A stretch of 64,000 bases of DNA from assembly GCA_965262925.1 (NCBI GenBank), contig CBDHGC010000004.1:6481112-6545111 (forward strand), given 5' to 3'. The notes under the pieces are model-generated. The model was not told the origin of the DNA. It did not search any database and saw only the letters and a program-made list of their open reading frames with translations. The stretch comes from Vicinamibacterales bacterium (GTDB taxonomy: Bacteria > Acidobacteriota > Vicinamibacteria > Vicinamibacterales > UBA8438). Below, in pieces: positions 53,102-63,122 of the stretch; position 1 is the first letter of the stretch, and each line of letters opens with the position of its first letter. Position numbers and translations under genes: made by a program.

Positions 53102-54916
53102 ATGCCGAACCGATACCTGACTTTCGCGAGCCTGCTTCTCGGCTTCGCCGTCCTGTCCTTCTCGCCCCTGCTGAGCGCCCAGCAGGGCGAGACGATCACC
53201 CGCGAGGTGCGGCCGTTTGTACCCGTCACGGACGAGATGCTGCGCGATCCCGACCCCGGGGATTGGCTGATGACCCACCGGACGTACGACTTCCAGGCCT
53301 ACAGCCCGCTGGACGAGATCAACCGGGACAACGTGCACCAGTTGCAGGTGGCCTGGATGCGGGCGATGGACGACGGGCCGCAGCAGACCCAGCCGCTCGT
53401 CCACGGCGGCGTGATGTACCTCGCCAACAACGACGACCATATCCAGGCGCTCGACGCGACGACCGGCGACCTGCTCTGGGACTACCGGCGGCGGCTGCCC
53501 GACGACCTGCGCCAGTACGTCACGCTGGGCAACCGGACCCGGAACCTGGCCATCTACGGCAACCACATCTACCACCTGACCGCCGACGCGCACCTGCTGG
53601 CTCTCGACGCGCGCACCGGCGAGGTGGCCTTCGACACCGAGATGGCCGACTACCGCGCGGGGATCACCCACTCCTCGGGCGCCATGATCATCGATGGCAG
53701 GGTGCTCGCCGGACGCGCCTGCTTCCCCACCGAAATCCCGGCGCGCTGCTTCATCTCGGCCCACGATGCGGACACCGGTGAGGAGCTCTGGCGGGTCTAC
53801 ACGGCGGCCGGCGCGGACGACCCCGGCGGGCAGACCTGGGGCAACGTGCCGACGTCGCAACGGGGCCACGTGTCGGCGTGGGGCTCGCCGGGCAGCTACG
53901 ACCCCGAGCTCGGGCTCATCTACTGGGGCATCGCCGTCCCGATGCCCTACACCCGGATCATGCGCCGCGGCACCTGGGACGTCGGAGACCGCACCCCGTG
54001 CGAGCTGTACTCGAACTCCACGGTCGCCCTCGGCGTCGAGACCGGCGAGATGGAGTGGTACTACCAGCACCTGCCGTGCGACGACTGGGACCAGGACTTC
54101 GTCCAGGAGCGCACCCTCATCGACACGGTGGTCGCCCCCGACCCCGAGTCGGTGATGTGGATCAACCCGCGGATCGCCGGCGCCGCCGAGGAGCGCAAGA
54201 TCGCGGTCACAATAGGAGAGCCGGGCGGGCTGTTCGTGCTCGACCGTGTGACCGGCGAGTTCCTGTGGGCGACGCCGCTGCCCTACGAGAGCACCGAGCG
54301 CTTCGTCATCCGGGACATCGATCCGGCGACCGGGCAGGTCTTCATCAACATGGACCTGGTGGCGCGCGAGGTCGGCCAGCAGTTCGTCATCTGCGGACAC
54401 AACGTGAAGGGTTGGTGGTCGTGGTCGTACAGCCCGCGGACCGGGCTGCTCTACATCCCGATCAATCGCTCCTGTCTCAACCAGACCGCCAACGATCGGT
54501 CGGCCACGGGAACCGGCCCGAGGTTCACGCAGCCCGAACCGGGGCTCGAGGAGGATGGCCACCTCACCGAGGTGCGGGCTCTCGACATCTCGACCGGCCG
54601 GGAGGCGTGGCGCTACACGCAGCGGGCCCCGAACGCGGGGTCGACGCTCGCCACCGCCGGCGACGTCGTCTTCCATGGCGATCTCAACCGCCGCTACCGG
54701 GCCTTCGACGCCGAGACCGGTGACGTGCTGTGGGAGACGATCCTGGGCAGCCAGATCACCGGCTTTCCGGTCACCTATACGGCGGGCGGGAGGCAGTACC
54801 TGACCGTGCCGGTGGGTGGTGCGGCGATTTTTCGAATGAACAACTACGCGCCGGAGCTGGAGGCGCCGATGGGCAGCAACATGCTCGTCACGTTCGCGCT
54901 GCCGCCGGCGCCATGA
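53102..54916 (+). CDS. PQQ-dependent dehydrogenase (quinoprotein alcohol dehydrogenase family)
   Basis: Signal peptide and eight-bladed propeller W-motifs (DATTGDLLW, DARTGEV, DADTGEELW, DAETGDVLW). Confidence 0.85.
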   Translation: MPNRYLTFASLLLGFAVLSFSPLLSAQQGETITREVRPFVPVTDEMLRDPDPGDWLMTHRTYDFQAYSPLDEINRDNVHQLQVAWMRAMDDGPQQTQPLVHGGVMYLANNDDHIQALDATTGDLLWDYRRRLPDDLRQYVTLGNRTRNLAIYGNHIYHLTADAHLLALDARTGEVAFDTEMADYRAGITHSSGAMIIDGRVLAGRACFPTEIPARCFISAHDADTGEELWRVYTAAGADDPGGQTWGNVPTSQRGHVSAWGSPGSYDPELGLIYWGIAVPMPYTRIMRRGTWDVGDRTPCELYSNSTVALGVETGEMEWYYQHLPCDDWDQDFVQERTLIDTVVAPDPESVMWINPRIAGAAEERKIAVTIGEPGGLFVLDRVTGEFLWATPLPYESTERFVIRDIDPATGQVFINMDLVAREVGQQFVICGHNVKGWWSWSYSPRTGLLYIPINRSCLNQTANDRSATGTGPRFTQPEPGLEEDGHLTEVRALDISTGREAWRYTQRAPNAGSTLATAGDVVFHGDLNRRYRAFDAETGDVLWETILGSQITGFPVTYTAGGRQYLTVPVGGAAIFRMNNYAPELEAPMGSNMLVTFALPPAP

Positions 54917-54951
54917 ACGGGCCCGTTCCGCCGGAGAGAAGGAGAACGGCA

Positions 54952-56907
54952 ATGCCGGCATTCCGAGTGTCGTTGGCGGGATCCTGCGTCCTCGGCGCGC
55001 TCGTGCTGTGGGGAGCTCCTCCCGTGGCCGCGCAGCAGGGAGCGGCGGGCGGAGAATGGCGCAGCTACACGGGCGAGTCGGGTGGCACGAAGTACTCGAC
55101 GCTGGATCAGATCGGCCCCGACAACGTGCAGGACCTCCACGTCGCCTGGCGGTGGCGATCGGTCGACTACGACTTGGTCGACGAGGACCCCGACCTGCGT
55201 TTCAATCCGACGCTGCTCGCCACGCCGCTGATGGTCGGCGGCCGGCTGTTCATGGGCACCAACCTGGGGCAGGCGGCCGCCATCGACCCGGCCACCGGCG
55301 AGACGGTGTGGACCTACCGCGCGCTCGAGGACGGCGCCGGCCGGCCGCGCGGGGGCCCCACCCGCGGCGTCGGCTACTGGGAAGACCCGGAACGCGACGA
55401 CGAGCGGATCTTCATCGTGAGCGGCGAGCACCTCGTCGCCCTCGACGCCCGGACCGGCGATCCGCTGCGCGAGTTCGGGCAGGGAGGCAAGATCGACCTG
55501 ACGCAGGGCGTGCCCCACCTGGACGAATATCGCTGGACGGCGGCCCCGCTGGTATGCCGCGACACCATCATCGTCGGCATCTTCACCAGCGACCGCTTCG
55601 AGCAGCGGGAGCAGGCGCCCGGCTACATCCGGGGTTTCGACGCCGTCACCGGGCGACTGAAGTGGCGCTTCAACCCCGTCCCCCAGCCGGGCGAGTTCGG
55701 GAACGAGACGTGGGAGGACGGATCCTGGGAGCACACCGGGGCCAGCAACGTCTGGACGGTGATGAGCGCCGACGAGGAGCTGGGCTACGCGTATCTCCCG
55801 ACCGCCACGCCGACCCACAACTGGTACGGCGGACACCGGCCGGGCGACAACCTGTTCGCCGAGAGCCTGGTCTGCCTCGAGTGCGAGACCGGGCGCCGCG
55901 TCTGGCACTACCAGATGATCCATCACGGCATCTGGGACTACGACACCGCGTCCACGCCGATCCTGGCCGACATCACCGTGGACGGGCGGCCGATCAAGGC
56001 GGTGGTGCAGGTCACCAAGCAGGCGTTCGCGTACGTCTTCGACCGCGTCACGGGCGAACCGGTCTGGCCGATCGAGGAACGGCCGGTCCCGCAATCCGAC
56101 GTGCCCGGCGAGCGAACCTCGCCGACGCAGCCGTTCCCGACCCGGCCGGCGCCGTTCGACCGGCAGGGGATCACGGTCGACGACCTGATCGACTTCACGC
56201 CGGAGCTGCGGGCCGAGGCGCTCGATATCTTCAACCGCTACCGCTCGGGGCCGATCTTCACCCCGCCGTCCCTGCGCGACGAATCGCCGGGCGGCACGCT
56301 GGGGACGCTGCAGCTTCCCGGCTGGGTCGGCGGCGCCAATTGGAACGGCGCGGCGTACGACCCCGAGACGCAGATGCTCTACGTGCCTTCGATCACCGCA
56401 CCGATCCAGATCTGGCTGCGCGAGGCCGACCCGGAGGCGTCGCCGTTCCGGTACCTGCAGGGACCGAGCAGCGTCTGGATCGACGGGCCGCGGGGTCTGC
56501 CGCTCGTCAAGCCGCCGTGGGGACGGATCACGGCGATCGATCTCAATACCGGCGAGCACGTCTGGATGCGGCCCAACGGACCCGGACCGCGTGACCACGT
56601 CGCCCTACAGGACCTGCCGCTCCCGTGGCTCGGGGCCCCCGGACGGGCGGCGCCGCTGCTGACGAAGACGCTGCTCTTCCTGGGCGACGGCTCCCGGTCG
56701 ATGCAGGTGGTGCCGCCCAACGGCGGCGGACGCATGTTCCGCGCCTGGGACAAGGCGACCGGCCGGGTGTTGTGGCAGACCGAGCTGCCCGCCGGCACGT
56801 CCGGCGCTCCGATGACGTACCTGCACGACGGCACGCAATACGTCGTGGTCGCCGTGAGCGAACGCGACCACGAGGGCGAGCTGATCGCTTTTTCGGTGCA
56901 GCAGTAG
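54952..56907 (+). CDS. PQQ-dependent dehydrogenase, second paralog
   Basis: GAAGGAGAA then ATG 54952. Signal peptide. Repeated D..TG...W propeller motifs (DPATGETVW, DARTGDPL, DAVTGRLKW, ECETGRRVW, DLNTGEHVW, DKATGRVLW). Confidence 0.85.
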   Translation: MPAFRVSLAGSCVLGALVLWGAPPVAAQQGAAGGEWRSYTGESGGTKYSTLDQIGPDNVQDLHVAWRWRSVDYDLVDEDPDLRFNPTLLATPLMVGGRLFMGTNLGQAAAIDPATGETVWTYRALEDGAGRPRGGPTRGVGYWEDPERDDERIFIVSGEHLVALDARTGDPLREFGQGGKIDLTQGVPHLDEYRWTAAPLVCRDTIIVGIFTSDRFEQREQAPGYIRGFDAVTGRLKWRFNPVPQPGEFGNETWEDGSWEHTGASNVWTVMSADEELGYAYLPTATPTHNWYGGHRPGDNLFAESLVCLECETGRRVWHYQMIHHGIWDYDTASTPILADITVDGRPIKAVVQVTKQAFAYVFDRVTGEPVWPIEERPVPQSDVPGERTSPTQPFPTRPAPFDRQGITVDDLIDFTPELRAEALDIFNRYRSGPIFTPPSLRDESPGGTLGTLQLPGWVGGANWNGAAYDPETQMLYVPSITAPIQIWLREADPEASPFRYLQGPSSVWIDGPRGLPLVKPPWGRITAIDLNTGEHVWMRPNGPGPRDHVALQDLPLPWLGAPGRAAPLLTKTLLFLGDGSRSMQVVPPNGGGRMFRAWDKATGRVLWQTELPAGTSGAPMTYLHDGTQYVVVAVSERDHEGELIAFSVQQ

Positions 56908-56910
56908 CTC

Positions 56911-57141
56911 TCACTCGACCGCTATGAGGTCCTCGTAACCCAGTAGATCGAGGTACTCCCGGACCTGCTGCACTGCATCCGCCGCCGACGGCGCCGTGAG
57001 GGAAGCCGTAACCGGCGGCATGTCGTCGTCGAGCACGAGGAAGGCTTGCGCTTCGAACGTCTGGTCGGCGATGCCGCTTGGCTGCGGGTTGCACGCGATC
57101 TCGATGCGATGCGGTCCGGACTGGTAGCGCAGTGCGTCCAT
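56911..57141 (-). CDS. Small hypothetical protein (76 aa)
   Basis: ORF MDALRYQSGPHRIEIACNP... convergent with the PQQ gene. No motif recognised. Confidence 0.3.
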   Translation of the reverse strand: MDALRYQSGPHRIEIACNPQPSGIADQTFEAQAFLVLDDDMPPVTASLTAPSAADAVQQVREYLDLLGYEDLIAVE

Positions 57142-57350
57142 TCGTCTCCTCCGAATGACGGCGGCCCGTTCGGGTGCGAGGCGCGGCCCCCGCGACCGGA
57201 TCCCACCCGCAGGCGCGCGGTCCCATCGGTTCCCGTTATCGGACCGACACGAAGTCTCCGACACCCCCGCCGATCTCCGCGGTTCCGCGCCGTCCGATCC
57301 GCGTTGTACGATCGGCTGCCAGCGGGCAACCAGAATTGCGAGGTCCGGCC

Positions 57351-58508
57351 ATGAGAATCCCCCCCTTCGAGCTCGAGCGCTTCCAGTCGGTCCACGAGCA
57401 CCGGGTCGAGATCAACCTGACGGAGAGCGGCGTGGAGCCGCTGGAAGTGCGTGAGCTCCTCGGCCCGGACGCCGCCGGCGTGCTGCTGGACCAGCCGCTC
57501 GCCTACACCCAGTCCAACGGCACGCCGGAGCTGCGCGCCGCCGTCGCGGCCACCCTCCCCGGCGCCACCGAAAACCACGTGCTCGTCGCCAACGGCGGTG
57601 CGGAAGCCAACTTCGTCGCCTGCTGGCGCCTGATCGAGCCGGGCGACGAGGTCGTGGTGATGCAGCCGAACTACGGGCAGGTGCAGGGGCTGGCCGAGGG
57701 GTTCGGCGCCATTGTACGGCCCTGGCCGCTACGCGAGGAGCGCGCCGCCCCAGCATCCCGCTGGGCGCCCGACATCGACGAGCTGCGTGCGCTGGTGACG
57801 GATCGTGCGAAGCTCATCGCCGTCTGCAACCCGAACAATCCCACCGGGGCGCGGCTGACCGAGGCGGAGGTGGCCGCGGTCTGCGAGGTCGCGGGGCGTC
57901 ACGGCGCATGGGTGTTGTCGGACGAGATCTATCGCGGCGTCGAGCGCGACGGCGTCGAGACACCGACGGTGTGGGGACGGACCGAGCGGGTGATCGTCAC
58001 CGGGGGCCTGTCGAAAGCCTACGGCCTGCCCGGCCTGCGTATCGGCTGGGCGGTCGCCGCCCCGCCCATGGCCGCCGAACTCTGGAGCCGCCGCGACTAC
58101 ACGACGATTGCACCGAGTGCGCTGAGCGACCGGCTCGCCCGCCACGCCCTGGCCCCGGACCGCCGGACGGCGCTGCTGGAGCGCACCCGACGGATGATCG
58201 CCGCCAACTTCCCGATCGTCGTCGCCTGGCTCGACGCGCACGCCGGGAATCTCGCGTGGGTGCCCCCCGAGGCCGGCGCCATGGCGTTCGTCCGCTACCA
58301 CCAGGACATCGGCTCCACCGCGCTCGCCAATCGGCTCCGCGAGACCGAGGGCGTGCTGGTCGTTCCCGGCGACCACTTCGGTCTCGACGGCTACCTGCGG
58401 ATCGGGTACGGCGGCCGCGCCGCGTCCCTGCGGGAAGGACTGGCCCGGCTCGACCGCGTGCTGGCCGATCTGCCGCAAGCGGCCGCCCGATTCCCGGCCG
58501 GCGCCTGA
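57351..58508 (+). CDS. Class I/II PLP aminotransferase
   Basis: NPNNPTG and SLSKAYGLPGLRIGW (PLP Lys) motifs. ATG 57351. Confidence 0.88.
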   Translation: MRIPPFELERFQSVHEHRVEINLTESGVEPLEVRELLGPDAAGVLLDQPLAYTQSNGTPELRAAVAATLPGATENHVLVANGGAEANFVACWRLIEPGDEVVVMQPNYGQVQGLAEGFGAIVRPWPLREERAAPASRWAPDIDELRALVTDRAKLIAVCNPNNPTGARLTEAEVAAVCEVAGRHGAWVLSDEIYRGVERDGVETPTVWGRTERVIVTGGLSKAYGLPGLRIGWAVAAPPMAAELWSRRDYTTIAPSALSDRLARHALAPDRRTALLERTRRMIAANFPIVVAWLDAHAGNLAWVPPEAGAMAFVRYHQDIGSTALANRLRETEGVLVVPGDHFGLDGYLRIGYGGRAASLREGLARLDRVLADLPQAAARFPAGA

Positions 58509-58536
58509 CATCGAAAGTAGAATCACGCCACTGACA

Positions 58537-59745
58537 ATGACAGAGTCACAGACCGCTACGCCCGGCGCCCTCGACGGCCTGACCGTCCTCGACCTGACCC
58601 GCGTGCTCTCCGGCCCCTACTGCACGATGATGCTCGCCGACATGGGCGCCCGCGTCATCAAGGTGGAGCAGCCCGGCAAGGGCGACGACACCCGCGCCTG
58701 GGGGCCTCCGTTCCAGGACGGCGAGAGCGCCTACTTCATGAGCATCAACCGCAACAAGGAGAGCATCACGCTCAACCTGAAGCATCCGGACGGGCGGCGG
58801 GTGCTGGACGCACTGATCGAGCGGGCGGACGTCCTGGTCGAGAACTTTCGGCCCGGCACGCTGGACCGGATGGGGCTCGGCTACGCGGATCTGTCGAAGC
58901 GGCGTCCGGGTCTCGTCTACTGCTCCATCTCCGGCTTCGGCCAGACCGGCCCCCGGCGGCGCGAGCCGGGCTACGACGCGGTCATGCAGGGCGAAGGCGG
59001 TCTGATGAGCATCACCGGCGCACCGGACGGCCCCGGCTACCGGCTGGGAGTGGCCATCGCGGACATCGCTTCCGGGATGTTCTCGGCCTTCGGCGTCGCC
59101 GTCGCCCTGCTCGCCCGGCACCGCACCGGCCGCGGGCAGCTCGTCGACGTCGGCATGCTGGACTCGGTGGCGGCGCTGCTCACGTATCAGGCGGGGATCT
59201 ACTTCGCCACCGGCACACCGCCCGGCCGGCTCGGCAACCTGCACCCGACGATCACGCCCTACGAGACCCTCGAGGCGGCCGACGGCGATCTGGTTGTCGC
59301 GGCCGGCAACGACCAGCTCTGGCGGACGTTCTGCGGCGTGATCGGCCTCGAGGCGCTGGCCGACGACCCGCGCTTCCGGACCAACAAGGACCGGGTCGGC
59401 GCGCGCGAGGCGCTGCGCCCGCTGCTCGTCGAGCGGCTGCGCACGCGGCCGGCCGGGGAATGGTTGACGGAGCTGAAGGCCGCCGGGGTCCCCTGCGGCG
59501 GCGTCCGGGACTTCGAGCAGGTGCTGACCGACCCGCAGATCGTCGAGCGCGCGATGGTGATCGCGCTCGACCATCCGGTAGCCGGCGCGATCCGCCAGCT
59601 CGGCGTCCCGGTCAAGCTGGGCGACACGCCCGGAGCGGTCCGCACCCCGCCGCCGGTGCTCGGGCAGCATACCGGCGCCATTCTCGGCGAGCTCGGCTTC
59701 CCGGACGCAGAGGTGGAACGCCTGAAGCGCGACGGCGCGGTCTGA
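58537..59745 (+). CDS. Family III CoA-transferase (CaiB/BaiF)
   Basis: LDGLTVLDLTRVLSGPYCTMMLADMGARVIKVE and ENFRPGTLDRMGLGY motifs. Confidence 0.9.
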   Translation: MTESQTATPGALDGLTVLDLTRVLSGPYCTMMLADMGARVIKVEQPGKGDDTRAWGPPFQDGESAYFMSINRNKESITLNLKHPDGRRVLDALIERADVLVENFRPGTLDRMGLGYADLSKRRPGLVYCSISGFGQTGPRRREPGYDAVMQGEGGLMSITGAPDGPGYRLGVAIADIASGMFSAFGVAVALLARHRTGRGQLVDVGMLDSVAALLTYQAGIYFATGTPPGRLGNLHPTITPYETLEAADGDLVVAAGNDQLWRTFCGVIGLEALADDPRFRTNKDRVGAREALRPLLVERLRTRPAGEWLTELKAAGVPCGGVRDFEQVLTDPQIVERAMVIALDHPVAGAIRQLGVPVKLGDTPGAVRTPPPVLGQHTGAILGELGFPDAEVERLKRDGAV

Positions 59746-59748
59746 TTG

Positions 59749-60177
59749 TCACCGCTCCACCATCGGGGTCAGCGCCGACAGCACGAAGGCCAGCAGGTCC
59801 TCCGCGGCGAGGTCGCCGAGGGCCGGGTGCTCGGCGACGACCCGCTCCTCGCTCAGCACGCGGCGGCCCCGCACGTACGCCATCCGCCCCATCAGCGCGG
59901 GCGGATGCCGGGTGGTGTCGAGGGCAAGCTCGATAACGTCCTCGCTCGCACCCCCGGGCGATAGGCGCACCGCTCCCGCCGGCGTCTCCACCGCGAAGCG
60001 GTAGCCTTCCGCCTTGAGCGCGGATGCCACGGTCCTGAAAAGCGGCGCCGCCACCGCGCGCAGGACTCTGTCGCCGTCCGCCTCGGCCGCCGCCGCGTCC
60101 TCGCGTCGCGCCCCGGCCCGCGCGCGCGCATCCTCTATGGTCCGCCGCACGCGGCGCTTGACGTCTCCGGTATCCAT
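59749..60177 (-). CDS. Hypothetical protein (142 aa)
   Basis: High-GC3 ORF, last gene of an apparent dtxR-led operon. No motif recognised. Confidence 0.45.
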   Translation of the reverse strand: MDTGDVKRRVRRTIEDARARAGARREDAAAAEADGDRVLRAVAAPLFRTVASALKAEGYRFAVETPAGAVRLSPGGASEDVIELALDTTRHPPALMGRMAYVRGRRVLSEERVVAEHPALGDLAAEDLLAFVLSALTPMVER

Positions 60178-60186
60178 GTCGCCCCG

Positions 60187-60615
60187 TCAGTCCCGCGGAC
60201 CGGCGCCCGCCTCGTAGATCCGCACCAGCTCGATCAGCTTGTAACCCCTGGTCTGGTAGGGCGGGATCACCCGCTGGGTGTACAGATACTGGATCATGCC
60301 CTCGTCCGCGTAGTCCGGCGCGCCCAGCTCCGGGTCGTCCGCCAGGGCGGTCTCGAGCGTCTCCATCGTCGTCACCTTCTCGGCCACGGTCCGCCGGACG
60401 GGGAAAACGCCCCACAGGCGGCGCCGCTCCTGCCGGTCGCGCGTACGGAAGCCGACGTAGATCTCGTTGCTGATGAAGTTGTAGTCGACCTCCGCCCGCG
60501 CCGCCACGGCGTCCTCGACCCGCAGGAAGACGATGTCGTCGCGCTCGGCGAGCCACGCCAGCAAGTGCTCCGTGAAGTCTCCCTCACCCGACCACTGCTC
60601 CCGGTCGATGTCCAT
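60187..60615 (-). CDS. Hypothetical protein (142 aa)
   Basis: MDIDREQWSGEGDFTEHLLAWL... ORF between dtxR and the 59749-60177 gene. No motif recognised. Confidence 0.45.
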   Translation of the reverse strand: MDIDREQWSGEGDFTEHLLAWLAERDDIVFLRVEDAVAARAEVDYNFISNEIYVGFRTRDRQERRRLWGVFPVRRTVAEKVTTMETLETALADDPELGAPDYADEGMIQYLYTQRVIPPYQTRGYKLIELVRIYEAGAGPRD

Positions 60616-60632
60616 CGCCTCCGCACCCGCAC

Positions 60633-61307
60633 TCAACCACGCGGCGCCACGAGCAGCTTCGCCGCCGCCCGCATGCCGATCATGACCGGACGATCCGGCG
60701 CGACGCGGACCTGCACGTGGTCGGCCGCCTCGTGACGCACCGCGACGCGGATCGACTGGCCGGGCGTCAGATCGTGGCTCTCCAGGAAACGGAGGAACTC
60801 CGCGTCCTGGTCGGTAACCCGGGCCAGAACGACCGGCGTGTCCAGCGGACAGGTCAGCAGGCTCTGGTACCGCGGCGTCGCGATGGCGCCGTCGGGGTCC
60901 GGAATCGGATCCCCGTGGGGGTCGACCGCGGGCCGTCCGAGCATGGCGTCGATCCGGTCGATGAGACGGTCGGACGCCGCATGCTCGAGCCGCTCGGCCT
61001 CGTCGTGCACCTCGGCCCAGCTCATGTCGAGCACCTTCACCAGGAACAGCTCGATCAGCCGGTGGCGCCGCAGCACCAGCGCGGCCAGCTTCTGTCCCGA
61101 CGGCGTCAACCGCACACCGGCGTACGGCTCGTAGCGCACCAACCCGGAGTCGGCCAGAGCCTTCACCATGGTCGTGGCGGTGCCGGGCACGACGCCCAGC
61201 GCGCTCGCGAGCCGCCCCATCGGCACCAGCGCGCAGTCGTCGCCGTGGGCGATTTCGGCCTGATAGATGGCCTTGAGGTAGTTCTCGACGGTGCTGGAAG
61301 GCGGCAT
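60633..61307 (-). CDS. DtxR/IdeR/MntR-family metal-dependent regulator
   Basis: VENYLKAIY, PGTATTMVKAL, LRRHRLIELFL, EAERLEH motifs, plus a C-terminal FeoA/SH3-like domain. Confidence 0.9.
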   Translation of the reverse strand: MPPSSTVENYLKAIYQAEIAHGDDCALVPMGRLASALGVVPGTATTMVKALADSGLVRYEPYAGVRLTPSGQKLAALVLRRHRLIELFLVKVLDMSWAEVHDEAERLEHAASDRLIDRIDAMLGRPAVDPHGDPIPDPDGAIATPRYQSLLTCPLDTPVVLARVTDQDAEFLRFLESHDLTPGQSIRVAVRHEAADHVQVRVAPDRPVMIGMRAAAKLLVAPRG

Positions 61308-61408
61308 GCGCGCAAAAGCGTACCACGGCGGCCGGCAGGCCGGACACGTGAAAGCTGCAACCCGTGTCGGTCACGCGTCGAGGGGTCGGGGGCTCTACGT
61401 CGGTCCAT

Positions 61409-62662
61409 CTACAACGAGTGGAGAAACGCTGCCAGCGCCTCCCGGTCGGCGGGGGAGAGCCGCTCGAAGCCCTCCCGCGCCAGGTTCGCCTCGTTGGCGT
61501 GCCGCCGGACCGCCTCGACCGCCGTCGCGGCGCTGCCGTCGTGCAGCAAAGGACGCCGGAAGCGCAGCCCCCAGAGTGGCGGGGTCCGGATCTCGCCGGG
61601 CTCGGCGCCGGCCTGCCGGATACCGTCGCCGGTACCGACGTCATGCAGCAGGAGGTCCGAGAACAGCGGCACCGGCCGGCGGTCGAACAGCGGATTGCTG
61701 CTCGGTCCGGTCGTGAGCGCCGGCGCGTGGCACGCCGCGCAGCCAATGGCCTCGAACACTTGGCGGCCGAGCGTCGCCAGCCGCGAGAGCGGACCACGGG
61801 CCGGCGGCGCCAGCAACCGCATGAACGACTCGAAGTTGTCGATGCCGCGCCGGCCGGTGGACGGCTCCGCGATGTCCTCGGGGTCCGGCGTCTCGTCGCA
61901 GAGCGCGAGCTGCCGCGCCGACAACCGAAACGTGAGCTCGGCCGGGAACAGGTCGTTCGTGATCCCCATCTCGTTCCGATAGGCGTCCGCCCCGAAATCG
62001 AGCAGGGTCGCCCGCTGCGACTTCCACCCGAAGCGGCCCACCCGCGGCTCGCCCGTCAGCAGGTCGAGGACGATCGGAGCCCGCCCGCTGACGCCGTCGC
62101 GGTCGAGATCGTCGGGATCGGCAAGCGCCTCGAGCGTCGCGTCGGGAATCGCCTCGATCAGGCCGGCCCCGAACAGCGGGACCGGAACCCGCTTGGCGAT
62201 GACGTTCGCCTCGGGCGGAATCACCGACTGGCAGGCGTGGGTCGGGATGGAGAAAATCTGGAAGAGCGAGCCGCGGCCCGGCTCGATGTCGCGGTAGTCC
62301 CCGTCCGGCTCCCGGATACCGGCGCGCGTCGTGGTCATCGGCGCTATCCCGCCGATGGCCGGCACGTTGTGGCAGCCCGCGCAACTCGTGTTGTTGTAGG
62401 CCGGACCGAGTCCTTCCTCGGCATCCTCGACCTCCAGGAAGTCGTCGAGGCCGAGCACGAACTCCTCGAACTCGACCGGGGTCAGGCCCGGCAGCGGATC
62501 GCCCGGCACGACCTGCTGCCGCGCAGCCGATTGCGTGACCGCCAGGAGAACAAGGGTTACCACCGCCGACCCCACCGCGCGCGGCCGGGTTCCGCGCTCA
62601 CGAGACATCGGGACTCGGCTCCGCTCGCTCCGCCGGACGCCCTGTCGCCGATGCCCGGCCAC
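61409..62662 (-). CDS. DUF1111 di-haem cytochrome c peroxidase-like oxidoreductase
   Basis: Two CxxCH motifs (CAGCH, CAACH), GRFGWK and PPLWG blocks. The likely true start is ATG 62608 (MSRERGT..., signal-like). Confidence 0.8.
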   Translation of the reverse strand: MAGHRRQGVRRSERSRVPMSRERGTRPRAVGSAVVTLVLLAVTQSAARQQVVPGDPLPGLTPVEFEEFVLGLDDFLEVEDAEEGLGPAYNNTSCAGCHNVPAIGGIAPMTTTRAGIREPDGDYRDIEPGRGSLFQIFSIPTHACQSVIPPEANVIAKRVPVPLFGAGLIEAIPDATLEALADPDDLDRDGVSGRAPIVLDLLTGEPRVGRFGWKSQRATLLDFGADAYRNEMGITNDLFPAELTFRLSARQLALCDETPDPEDIAEPSTGRRGIDNFESFMRLLAPPARGPLSRLATLGRQVFEAIGCAACHAPALTTGPSSNPLFDRRPVPLFSDLLLHDVGTGDGIRQAGAEPGEIRTPPLWGLRFRRPLLHDGSAATAVEAVRRHANEANLAREGFERLSPADREALAAFLHSL

Positions 62663-63122
62663 CGGCGCTTCTGCCCGGATCCGGGGTGTCCTCGACGACG
62701 ATCGCGCCCCGCATGAAGTTGTGGCCGGCGCCGCACAGCCGCGAGCACTCGAACGCGTACCGCCCGGCCTCCGTCGCCTCGAAGACCACCACCGCCTCGC
62801 CCTGCCGCCGCTTCGGCACCAGCAGGTTCACGCTGCGGCCCACGATGCGGAACCCGTGCATCGTGTCGTCGCTCCGAATGCGGAGCTCCAGCGTCACGCC
62901 ACGCGGCACGCGGATCTCGGACGGCGTGAAGCTGAACCGCTCGGCCAGGATCCGCACGACGCGGCGCTCGCCGTCAATCGGCCGGCCGGCCGCCGCGTGC
63001 ACGCCCGGACCGCCGGTCGGCTCCCCCGGCGCCGGCGCCGGGACCGGCCGGTACGCCCCGGCATCGACGCCGAGCAGGAGCACGCCCGCCACCAGGACAC
63101 CCGCTGCCGGACTTCCCCGCAT
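62598..63122 (-). CDS. Cupredoxin-fold protein (CoxII/plastocyanin-like)
   Basis: Signal peptide, then HGF...CSRLCGAGHNFM copper-ligand pattern. The start overlaps the porin stop. Confidence 0.75.
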   Translation of the reverse strand: MRGSPAAGVLVAGVLLLGVDAGAYRPVPAPAPGEPTGGPGVHAAAGRPIDGERRVVRILAERFSFTPSEIRVPRGVTLELRIRSDDTMHGFRIVGRSVNLLVPKRRQGEAVVVFEATEAGRYAFECSRLCGAGHNFMRGAIVVEDTPDPGRSAGGRASATGRPAERAEPSPDVS